From positions 11,594,001 through 11,658,000 of the forward strand of contig CM068748.1 of assembly GCA_035084275.1 (NCBI GenBank): 64,000 nt of DNA, given 5' to 3'. The notes beneath the pieces are model-generated. The model had not been told where the DNA came from, made no database searches, and saw only the letters and a program-made list of their open reading frames with translations. Source of the stretch: Hydrolagus colliei. Lineage: Eukaryota. Position 1 is the first letter of the stretch; every line of letters starts with the position of its first letter. The position numbers and the translations under genes are program-made. Below, in pieces: positions 39,360 through 50,612 of this stretch.

Positions 39360-41056
39360 TACATGCATACAGTATGGATGCATTCTCGTACATCCTCAGT
39401 GGTCAAAATCCCTTTGTCAATCATTGCACAGACTCAGTCCCAGGCTTTATGGTCAGCGATATCCTTCACGTGGCATGGAGTACCTTGGCACAAACACTCG
39501 TAGCACAAGGTAGACCGATCACTCCAACCCTGTGGCTCAGAGTCAGCACTCACCATAGAATTTCAAAGGCTGCCCTATTGACACAGGAGATGACTGGCCA
39601 GTGGTCTGAAGTTTCCCAGCGATACTGATGCACACAATTCAAGAATATAGGACATGACAAGACACTCACAAGCAGTGATTGATTACTGTTCTACTCTGTA
39701 CTCCACTCCGATGCCATGTAATTGCCAAACCATGGAATAGAATCAGAGATTTTCAAAGAGATTTGCACACCTCCTCTGAAGTTCTGGGTATGACTTATTC
39801 CAATCTCCCATAAGAAGCAACGGACAGTCCAGGAAAACATCATGCAAGGCCATCTAGTGAAGTACCCATGGTCTTATTGGGCCACTGGCGCACAGCATTG
39901 TAGTTTCTGTGAGGTTCCTCAGCAATGCATGCTGATCCCACAAGCCATGGTGTGGCTCTTCCAGCTTGTGGGATCAGCATGCGTTCCTCAGAAGTTGCAT
40001 GGTGCTGAATGCCGGGGCACCCTTGAGGCCATGGGATTGGAAGCTCATGGAACTCATTAGAAAATACGACACTTAAGGCCATGGAAATAAGGCCTTGGAA
40101 TCGAAGAGAAAGTATGTTCAAAAATGGCTTCAACAAAATATGGTGATGCACGGAACTCGGAGGATGTACAGCAGTGATATGTTGTTGTGCACAGCTTCTA
40201 AGACAGCATCCACAGCCATCACTGGTCCCATAATTTGACTCGACGGAGCATGGGCCTACTGCAGGTTAACCTTCCATTAACCCTGTCCCGAGGCAACTCA
40301 ATTCTCCTCACCATGGCTAATCATTCTAACACTCTCGCCTCCCGAGGTCAACCACATACAAGGCGTCCGTTAGCTGGAAAGGTCAGTGCAGCTATCATTG
40401 TGCCAATTATGTCAACTCCTATCTAAATGCAAACACTTCAATACTTAAAAGCTAGTTCTTCAGCTCCCAGTTGTTGGTGTAAACGACATATAGAAAAGGC
40501 AGACATTCCCTCAGAAATAAAGTACAATTATCTTTGCTCACGACGATTAACCATTTCAATGTCCTGGATCTTTATCCCACAGATTAGTTTCATAGCCCCA
40601 TAGTACTGATTATCACTCCCACTTTCTGACGATCTCAGTGCCTCTGAATTTTAGTTTGGGACCAGTCTAGCATTCAGGCAGCTGGTTTGGAAAGTTTCTC
40701 AAATGTAAACCAGATGCAAAACCAACATAAAATGTTCTTTTTAAACAATCTGTATTATGGAAGCTTACAACATGTTGTTTTGGTGTCAAAACCGCACAAT
40801 TGTATCATTTGGGAGCCAGTGAACCTCGCTCCTGGTCACTCAACATCCTCTGATGATGCAAACGGAGACGAGTTATCACTTCAAGCTTGTGATCACTGCC
40901 ACATTGGGGCATCGACCTCAGCAGTCTGACATACACCACTCTAAACTCAGTCAGTGTGGATGAGATCAATAGCTTACTAAATGCAAAATAATAGGTGTAA
41001 ATCCATGGCAGAGACATTATAAATTTAAGCTGTGCAACACAGCTGTGCACTTTTCT

Positions 41057-41170
41057 CCCACCCTCCTCGTCCCCAGCTCGGGTCTGAAACAATGACTATC
41101 CAGCACCTTGGACGTACTCCTGATGTGAAAGATGCTATACAAGTGTAATTTTGTTGTTGTTGTTGTTGTT
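41057..41170 (+). mobile_element. Older L2 3' tail
   Basis: cccagctcgggtc...cagcaccttggacgt...tgtgaaagatgctatac...(TTG)n. Confidence 0.75.
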
Positions 41171-41189
41171 CAAGAGTTGACACAAGATA

Positions 41190-41294
41190 CGGTGTATAGT
41201 TTGGGAAAAAATGGCTTGTGCATGCCAGGATGGTGGAAGACGAATTGGATAGACCTTGGTCTTCTTTCGCCTAACAAATTCCTATGTTCTTATG
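41190..41294 (+). mobile_element. CR1-type 3' UTR fragment
   Basis: gacgaattggatagaccttggtcttctttc...ttcctatgttcttatg is a hairpin plus octamer-type tail; a similar relic lies at about 670-728. Confidence 0.55.
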
Positions 41295-41508
41295 ACACTA
41301 AAGTATCACATGTAACAATTACATGACTGCTGCCTGGTGAAAGTATCAGACTCAGCCAAAAGCTTTGGTTGCTACAAGTGATGCGGTTCTGACGACGCAT
41401 ATATACATATACCACTTCATCTGTGACATCAGTTCCCTGCTCTGTCCAGTGAGTCTATCTTAGAATCTGATAGATGTTCACTTTTCCCACCAATCTTTAA
41501 CACAGTTT

Positions 41509-42640
41509 TTCAATGGTTTTTCTTCAAACCCCCGCACAGTTTCCCACGGCGTCCCTCAGGGCTCTGTCCTCGGTCCCCTCCTTTTCACCCTTTACACGCT
41601 CCCTCTGGGTGACGTCATCCGCAGACATGGGGTAAATTTCCACATGTATGCGGACGACACCCAGTTGTACCTTTCTGCCTGATCCCTCAACCCCCAGACG
41701 ATCGATGTTCTGACAGCATGTCTGTCCGACAGCGAGTCGTGGACGAGGGACAACTTTTTCCAATTGAACGTGAATAAGACCGAGGCCCTCCTGATTGGCT
41801 CAAGCCAGCGCCTCCGCACATCGGGCGCTGCCAGCCTCAATATCCAAGGTTGCGCTCTCCACCTCACAAAGCCAATCAGGAACCTCGGCATCATGTTCGA
41901 TCAAAAACTTTCCTTCCTCCCCCACATCCGCGCCTTGACCGGCACTGCCTATTTCCATCTGCGCAACATTGCCAGGCTCCGTAATTATCTTACCCCCCGC
42001 GCTGCCGAAACACTCGTGCACGCGTACATCACCTCACGGCTGGACTACGGAAATTCTCTCCTAGTCGGCCTCCCCAGTTCCTCCATTCATAGGCTGCAGG
42101 CCATCCAAAACTCTGCAGCCCGTGTATTATCCCACACCCGCCTCCGCGACCACATAACCCCCACCCTCGCCCGTCTCCACTGGCTCCCCATCCTCCAGAG
42201 GATCGAGTTTAAGATCCTCGTCCTCACCTACAAGGCCTTACACGGCCTTGCCCCATCCTACTTAACCGATCTACTCTCCCCCTACACGCCCACCCGGACC
42301 CTCCGTTCAACAGGACTTGGCCTGCTCCAAGCCCCCCGCCCGAACCGCCCCACCATCGGAGGCCGGGCCTTCAGTTTCTCCGCTCCCACCTTATGGAATG
42401 CCATCCCTCAATCCCTCCGTTTCGTCTCTTCCCTTTCTTCTTTCAAGGCCGGTTTGAAGACTTTCCTCTTCGATCGTGCCTTTTGTTCCACCCCGAACTC
42501 TTTTACCTCCCCTTCGTGTTTCACCCCTTCCCAAACACTCCCCTCCCAGCTCGGGTCACACGCCTCCTGTTCAGCGCCTTGGGACGTCCTCCCGACGTGA
42601 AAGGCGCTCTATAAATGTAAATTGTTGTTGTTGTTGTTGT
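41509..42640 (+). mobile_element. Young 5'-truncated L2-clade LINE (ORF2 reverse transcriptase C-terminal half plus 3' end)
   Basis: Frame 1 reads [16 protein letters not shown]...[11 protein letters not shown] (YADD at 41647-41658), with one TGA at 41680-41682, then LNVNKTE...SRLDYGNSLL...QNSAAR...HITPTLARLHWLP...FKILVLTYKALHGLAPSYL. Ends in a 3' stem-loop and (TTG)n tail. CpG-rich compared with flanks. Confidence 0.96.
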
Positions 42641-43787
42641 AGTAGCCTCACATCCACTGTGAACTGATTCAACCAACATTAGTAAAAGATAAACTGAATC
42701 CAGAATTGTGATATAAATTTGAAGTTCTATTTATGCGCTTCAGTACACAAATTCAAGTTAATTTACTGTAGAGTATTAGAACCTTCAATTCAACTATAGT
42801 TTGAGTCTAGTTTCATTTGAGTGTTGACCTGGAAAAATCAGTCCCACCTTTCCCTTCCCGCTCTGGCATGTCCTAACAGATCTATTGACAAGAACACAAC
42901 AGCATGGAAAGGATGATTCACTCACCTAGTTGAAACTGGTTGTGTATTAAGGAGTACTAAAAGAAATATATATATTATATATAGGTACATATAATACACA
43001 TACTATGTAATATAAAGAAAGGAATATCAGAGAAATTAACAGAGAGGGAGGCACACAAATACTGTGATACTCTATTTAAAACCATTGTACTCGCTATTTT
43101 TAAATTGAATGTGGTAAAAGGCATTTCTTAACCTAATCACGCATAGAGCAATGCCACAAAAATGACCACAGAGGTAGAAAACCTCCAGGAAAGCTCCAAC
43201 TGAATCAAGAGATATTAGCTGGAGCCACTATTGTGGGGGCAAACTGGAGGTCTCTGCGTCCTTTCACTGTCCAGACAGTAATATTAGTTTTATTAATGTG
43301 TTTCATATTTCCTATCTATTACATTCAATAAGAGCAATAAACATGGAAAACACCTCATTTGTTATGCCCAGTCACCAGTTATTGAGGCCACGACTGGAAA
43401 TGGATTTTTCTGCCTCTGTTCTTCCACCCAAGTCATTAATTTAATATAGCGACCCTTCCTGCCCATCAATCCTGCAAAGATCCATTGATACACAGAGCAC
43501 AGAAACAGCTGTGTAGATTACAGAAAACCAATGCCCCCTTTGGGAAACCAGCTTGCAGTAGCACCGATTAAATTTACAAGACCTCATCACTTTTCAGCAC
43601 TCACAATTAACAGTTGCTATTCACTCCAATCCATTCTTTATTTGGAGCATCCTTGCTCATCAAAGTGAGAGGCAATAGCATCAGGGAAATGAAACATTCC
43701 CTTCCAATTTTGCTACGACTGACAACATTCCCCACTCTGACATGGGACAGGTCAGGTGCAGGTCAAAGCTCATCCTCCTTTACCATG

Positions 43788-43922
43788 ATAATAATAAGAA
43801 TCCTTGCATACAATATAGCGCCTTATCATGTCTTCAAGACAATTCAAAGCAGTTCAAAGAATAGACCGTAAAGTGAATTGACTGTATCTTTTCTTGTGGG
43901 TGAAACATAGCAGCCAATTGCC
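43788..43922 (-). mobile_element. SINE 3' fragment
   Basis: ataataataagaatccttgcat...gtaaagtgaattgactgtat...gcagccaattg. Confidence 0.75.
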
Positions 43923-45459
43923 TAGACTGGCAATGAAAAGGATTACAGTACACCTACCAGCTGTTAATAAACCTGGCACCAATATACCCTTATTTGAAAA
44001 CAAATTGTGAAACTAAACGGATTAAAAGCTAATTAAATTAGAGATCAAATAATTACCTAGACCTACGATGTATTTCAACTCCACGACCATTGGGTTTACA
44101 TACGGTTGGTGACTGATGACATCTCATCCTGTTCACTTGTGTCAACACCAAGCAGAGAATGCTTCTGAAAACATCAACAGAATAGAGCATCATCACGACA
44201 AAACTTTAACCGTATTTATGACATTCCCCCCAGGTGAGGCTCTTTTGAACAACCGATAAATATGTTCAGAATTATTTCAATTTGCAAAGAAAGTGCACAG
44301 ATGTCAATATTTCTGTTACATGCACATTAAACTTTGATGTATACCAATACTGTATCTTATAAATAGTTAGAATGAGCAGCACTGTTGAATATTGTCAACC
44401 TCCAAAAAGCACCCCCTGCTGTAGCAACCTGATATTTCCCAATTAATTAATTAATTATCTGCAACACTGTATCCTGAGAATTCAATTAAGCCCAACCTCA
44501 CTTTTTTAAGACTACAGTATATCATTATTAGGCTGATCTCTGTGATAAATACAGATAAAACTTCATAGGAAAGGAAATCTGAAATTCCTCCATGACCCAA
44601 AGATAACCAAACAAAATGGGATATTTTATTATTAATATTATCAGAAATTAAATAGACATTAAACTTGGATGTGCACCAGAGTCTTAGAAATAGTTTGAAT
44701 AAACAGTACAGTTGAAAACCGTCAAATTCCAAAGAACACCTCGTGCTTCAGCAATTGCATTTCCCCTAAAATTCAATTTAATTAATATTAATAATATATT
44801 CTACCCTATATTACAATTATTCAACGCTGCTTACACTCATTTCACGTTTTGGTAATTGTGCTATATTACAACAACGTGTCTGAGATTAGTAGAATCTAAC
44901 AATACCTGCTTTTAGATTTATTGAAGTTGATCCAAAAGTAGCTGAAGCTAATCACCATAAGCAGCTTCTGCTGCAGAAGATACACCCTTTATTAAAGCAA
45001 CAAAGGATATGCAGATAGTTAAAGCCTCACTAGGTTCTTTAATCAGACTTCCAATGTTTCATTTTGTACAGACAGCTTGCATTTACACACAACAGACAAA
45101 CTCACAAGTGTAATAATGATTGCATTCAAGTCTTACCGTGGCACACAAGAAAACAGCCCTTCAACTGCCAGAAAGTGATTAGAACCAAGGTAAGTATAAA
45201 CACAATAGGTGGCATTCTCAGGTGTGAAAGGAAACAAAATCTCAATTAAATATTCAAGGAGCTGCTTGTTGTGCAATACTTCACATCACAATAAAGGTTC
45301 TGTTCATTTGTTTTGTAATAAGCCTTTGAAAGGATTATAGAGAACTCTCAGAGAATTTAATGAATGTGAGGCTAAGTTTTTAGTTTTTCTAGTGAACAAT
45401 GAGAAATGCATCCTGGATCTAAACATTTGGCCAAATCCCTCTCATCATAGTCACACTTA

Positions 45460-45725
45460 CAGAATCATGGAATATTTACAGCATGGAAGGAGGTCATTTA
45501 GTCCATTGTTTCTGTGCTGATTTTAGCTCCTCCATTTCAACTATTTACTAAACCCATTGAGCTGCTCTGTTGCTCTGCGTTTAATTGAATTTCCTTTAAA
45601 GTAATGGACTTATAGTTATATTTCAATAACCCTCTTCTTGTGTAAGTTCTAACTTCTCCCAGTTTTCTTCTAGCAATGATGCTCAATTTTTTGCCCTCTT
45701 GTTCCTGACTTGCCAATCAGTGAGA
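45460..45725 (-). mobile_element. Old CR1 3' fragment
   Basis: agaatcatggaat..ttacagcatggaaggaggtcatttagtccatt resembles the other CR1 ends. Confidence 0.6.
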
Positions 45726-47266
45726 AGGTTAATAATTTACACAGAAAAAAATGCTTACCCAAAAGGAAACATATATCATATTAAACTAGCTTATTGGTGG
45801 AAGAAGTCAAGACTCAAAGGTCTAAGACATCTGAGAGTGTAAGAGAAATTAGATCCTGCTTGTCCATACTGAAACTCTTTACTAAAGATAGAAAAATCCT
45901 TCAAATGTTCTTGAACCTTTTCATCCTGCAAGAGAAAACAATAACATGATATGAGCAGCCTCATATCATGTTAATGTGATATCCCTGGCAAGACACTATG
46001 GTAGTGAGTTTAGCAATCAGTCAACTTGTCCCATCCGTGTAATTTATATCTGCAAACTAAAAAACATGCAGGTATTACAGTACATTTAGATGAAAGACCT
46101 AACAGAATATGCATATAGTGTAATAAAATTAAACAGTTGTTTGATCTACATTTGAGGTAAATCTATTGGTTAATTAATCAACTAATTGCTGCCCCCTAGT
46201 GTGCAAGATGTTCGCCTTTTTCAACCTTTCTCCTCGGTTACTAAATAGGAATTTCAGTCACTTACAGTGTCTTGTCTCAATATTTGTGAATAAGCCATCT
46301 ATGTTTATATTTTTCTAGACGTTATCAAGATGAACTACTTGTTTTTGTGGCATCCTCTACTTATTTCAGCTGCAAAATCCTCCACTCCTCCCCCCAAATT
46401 TTGTTGTTGTTGAAGCACTTTGTGAAGTACTCTGGATGTGAAAAGAAATATATTGAATGCAAATATTATTATTATAACGCTCAAATCTGCAAAGTTCTTT
46501 GTTCTTTAAAATAGTTTATTTATAAATGCAGTCAGTGCACATGTTGAGGAAGCTTTGAATCTTATGTACCACATGGCTAAATTAGAAGTGCTAACAGAAT
46601 TACTTTTACTGGTTGTAGCAAGGAATATAATAGCTGCAATGCTAATAAATGCCAACTGATTAACTTATATTAAAAACAAGTGGATGTCGGAGCACAGAAC
46701 ATTTTAAAGGTTTGTGTAAGGGAATGGTTATTGATTGCCTTTCTTTAATTTAAAACATTAAATTGATCATGTGCAAAAATGTTAAAAATGAAATATGGTT
46801 TTATTTCACTTTTGACACTTCAGCATTAAAGCATTAATGTTATATAGATTAAGAAAATAAACATGTAGCCCGCTATGTCTCCAAGATCAATTTTCCCCAA
46901 TGTAGATTGCACATCATTAAAATATTAATAAAATAGCAAATAAAAGAGATGAGATGGAATGGGAAATACTGGGTAACCTCATTGTAAAGATGTGTTGCAG
47001 ATCCTCCCCAAAAAGGCACAGGATTTTATTGGTCGGCGAAAAATAAAAGGCACCTGTCCCACTTTCAAGTTGTCAGCTCGCCACTAACATAACTTCTTTC
47101 ATGCACTATGTACAGGAATTGTCACTAACATTACAAATAATTATATTAACATTAAGTATAATGGTTCAACAACAGACCATTTGGCCCAACTGGTTTGCAG
47201 AACATAAGCTTCCAGCCCTCCTAATCTATCCTATACGGTCTCTACTCCCTTATACCAATTTAATTT

Positions 47267-47644
47267 GTGGAATACTGTAGCTAGTTATTAGAGCACTCGT
47301 CTCACAAGCAAGAAGACCTGAGTCGATTCCTGGGCAAAATGTTGGACAAGTTTCCTTACTCCACAAGACTCGGCTTACCGAGCTGTAAGTAGGAACCTGG
47401 TTGTTAGTCAATTGGAGGATTGCTTTTCTGAGAGTAATAATTTCTTCTAACAAAAAGATAAAATAATAATAATTTGGTCACTCAATTCATGACTGGTTGT
47501 GGGACACTGCTGTGTGCAATTGGCTGCTGTGTAGTGCCCCAAAAATATACAATCAATTCACTTGACCAAATATTCTGTGAAGTGCTTTGGAGATGTCTCA
47601 AAGACATGATAAAACACCAAATCAAATGCAAGGCTTATTATTAC
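47267..47644 (+). mobile_element. tRNA-derived SINE, long-CORE subfamily
   Basis: Head with ctcgt-ctcacaa-gcaag arm, extended CORE ...gctgtaagtaggaacctggttgttagtcaattgg, standard tail. Confidence 0.87.
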
Positions 47645-48570
47645 TACCACTCTATTCTCTGTTGCACCTCCATTCTTTTTGACTGTCAATGTCCTTTACC
47701 CTTCTATGCCTTATAATTTCATTTATTACTCCTAGTACAGTATTCCTATTCCCTATTCATCGTGACTCGGGGATATTGCTCATGTAGTTTTCTAAGGACA
47801 GAACAAACTGCAATGTCAGCACATATATAAGACATATTCTTTCAAACAGATGTTCATGACACTGGTAATCATCATTAAATTATTTGACTTGCAGAAGACT
47901 CTGCAAAGTTGAAAATATCACCACTTTTACAAATGGTTTGCAGATTGAATTAATATTTCTAGTAATAGTGCTGATCCTTGAAGAAATAACATCAGGGCCC
48001 TATATTTTCATTTGTGACAGAATACTCTAATTCCACAAACATGTATTTTTTTCACATTTAATATTGGTTTTCATTTACTGAAACACAGGTCCAGGGATTA
48101 ATGAGGTGTTTAGAGTTTCACTGTTTGCTTCAGTGAACTTGACTCTTCCATCAATCACTAAGATAGATTGCGTTGTGATCAGAAATCGGAAGCCTCAAGA
48201 TTTTATTAACTAGAGCATGATAGTGTTTAAATAGAAAATTAATATTTTCATTGTTAATACACTACAGATGTGGAAATGCAAACTCCTGAACTTTACGGGT
48301 GTATTTTTTTCTGAACAGATCCATGGATATGAGTCAAGACTCTGCAGATGGTCACATACACTAGGGCTTGAACTGAATCTTGTCCTCCCAGTTGAGGTGA
48401 AAATCTCCCAGGACAGAACGGTTTTAATTTCAGTGAGTTTGAGCTCCACCTTCACAAACTTTAACTCATCCTGAAACCTTGACTTGTGTCCTGCACTCCC
48501 ATTACCCAGTTCTCTCTCCCCACAGTAATATCTCACAAATAGCTATTAGCCATTTTATCTGGGGAATGGC

Positions 48571-48650
48571 TGGCCAAAACACTGGGAGAAACTCCCTATG
48601 CTTTCTAAATAATGCCATGGGATTTTTTATGTCCAACTGAACAGACAGAC
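48571..48650 (-). mobile_element. DeuSINE central (Deu) domain relic
   Basis: Reverse complement gtctgtctgttcagttggacataaaaaatcccatggcattatttagaaagcatagggagtttctcccagtgttttggcca matches the recalled Deu-domain consensus. Confidence 0.65.
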
Positions 48651-50384
48651 TATTCTAAAACGTTGACTGTACTGAACAGGGAGGCCATACTAAACAGGCA
48701 ACGAGCATTAGCAGTATAGCACTAGCAGTGGTGAGAATTGATTCAGCTTCTGTTCAAAAATGGTTCTTGGTGGATCACCCAACTTTTATCAAGGAGACCG
48801 TTGTTCATGATATTAAAGAGCTAGTGTGCGATTAATTCAAATCATAGTAAAAACAAGACTCCTGAATCCAGAGCACTGAACTTAGTAAAGTAACAAAAAA
48901 TGGTGGTGGGAATTAACGGAATACTATAAATATCACCTCTTTAGAATATTAATGGATGTGTTGGGTTACAATATTAGACATGTTGTGCCTCTGTGCAACT
49001 GCATCCCTAAAGCTCCACTTTAAAGGGGCCAATTGTGGCCAAATAATCCATCCAACAGGGCACGTACTTTCCCTTAGCACTACCCATCTGCTTTCTTTGG
49101 CAGTGTATGATTTCCCTGTCCAAATGGATGTAAAAATACATCGCTTTCAAGTCATTTCCTGGATGTAAACATTTACTCGGATATTATGAGGAACGATAGT
49201 CGAATTACTGCAGTACCCATACAGCCTGCAGCCATCTCACTTAATTACCATGCGCTTCCAGTGACAGTGGGCAGCTTAACATCCTGAGTCTGGTTCTACA
49301 CAGTATTCCTAGCACAAAATCAGATTAAAATTCACTCAGGCCAGATACTATTTAATCATTCGTTTGAAACAAAAAAAAGTTCTGTTGTGAGCCAGGCTGA
49401 TCTGAGAGCTTGCACACCAGTAATTGTTTGCAACCACTGAGTGACCTTTGGCTGTGCCATTAGACGAGCTATTTTACTGTTTCTACCAAATCCCTTTACA
49501 TCCTTGAGAGATGAGCCTTGTTCCCAGCTGCTGGTTGTCAAAGATTTTAGTGCTTTGCACAGTAGGTTCGGCTTCAGTTACCCAGTGATCCCACTTAACC
49601 AACCACCTGATAAGTGAAACGCCATGTTCCTTTTCAGCATTATTATGCTTTAAACTTCCCAAAGGGACCACACATTTTTAATGCTGGGCGGAAAGGGCAG
49701 TCTAAGCCATGAGCATGAGCATGTATCTCAACTGCCTTGCTCGGTCCTCCCCTACCCCAATTAATTGAAAGAAAGTGTCTTTAGATGGATAAGTAGAATA
49801 TTGAGGTAGGTTTTCTGCAGATCTAGTGATACTGTATCTGCAGATTGCTGATCTGTGTAATTTACAAACCAACTCTAACTCTTCTTAAAAATATTTATTT
49901 ATTCATGAACAGAACTTTGCATTGCTTGGGTTTTCCTTTTTAAAAAGGAAGTATACTTGGGTATCATTGCCCTTTTCTACCTACTTCTGCACAAGAACAT
50001 ATTCTGCACTATACGCTAAGAGGATGGATTTACAACATAAACCTAACAATAACTTGCAATAATATTATAGAAATAATAATATTATTTCTCTTCTAACTCC
50101 CATTTCCATTGCTTTTAAAATACAGTACAACTATAAACTTGTGGGTTTTGAGAGAACGCTTAAAATGTGGGGTAAAGGAATGCCTGAGCACTCTTAATTA
50201 CCTTTGCAAGTTATAAAATGCTTTTAATGCAAATGGCAATACATAGTATACAAATGTACAAAATACGTATTTCTGACAAATATACCATATATTTGTTTCC
50301 ACTCCATCAACTTTCCATTCTCCTTTCCTAAAGGTGTCCAGCACATTTTGCCTCCTATTGTGGTAATGATTCCATTTCAGTATT

Positions 50385-50612
50385 CCACCTGAAATGGCCA
50401 TTACTCATGGAGAGGCTCAACACAGAGTATCCACCAGCCACGGGTAGAATTACAGCTCAGCCCATTGCTATCCTCACCCAGCATTCACACACGCACACAA
50501 CTTTCAATTATTTAAGATTCTGTCACTCAATAGAGTTTAGGAGAATGGAATCCCAGGTGATTTTCCCTTCCTAAATGTTGAAATCAATTGTAAGTGCAAC
50601 TGCCCACCCTGG
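50385..50612 (-). mobile_element. Relic of an ancient chondrichthyan SINE-like repeat (family name uncertain)
   Basis: tggccattactcatg...acagctcagccc...tcctcaccc...cacacacgcac...tgattttcccttccta...caattgta resembles a repeat I recall from shark genomes; a possible second piece lies at about 63410-63475. Confidence 0.4.

Noticed and set aside
40851-40929. TGATGA...CTGA spacing like a C/D box snoRNA
   Set aside because: The C box lacks the leading purine, there is no terminal stem, no rRNA-complementary guide that I recognise, and no host gene.
41099-41116. REST/RE1-like TCCAGCACCTTGGAC; half-site also at 40001-40009 (minus)
   Set aside because: Mismatches in the required right half-site, and the first lies inside an L2 tail.
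44709-44735. TA-CAGTTGAAAACCG resembling a Tigger TIR; similar hints at about 1712-1880
   Set aside because: No matching partner TIR found.
45137-45164. 28 nt minus-strand AG...GT segment resembling the small HGSNAT ADLVxPW exon
   Set aside because: Needs several indels in 28 nt and lies 35 kb from the other exons; likely chance.
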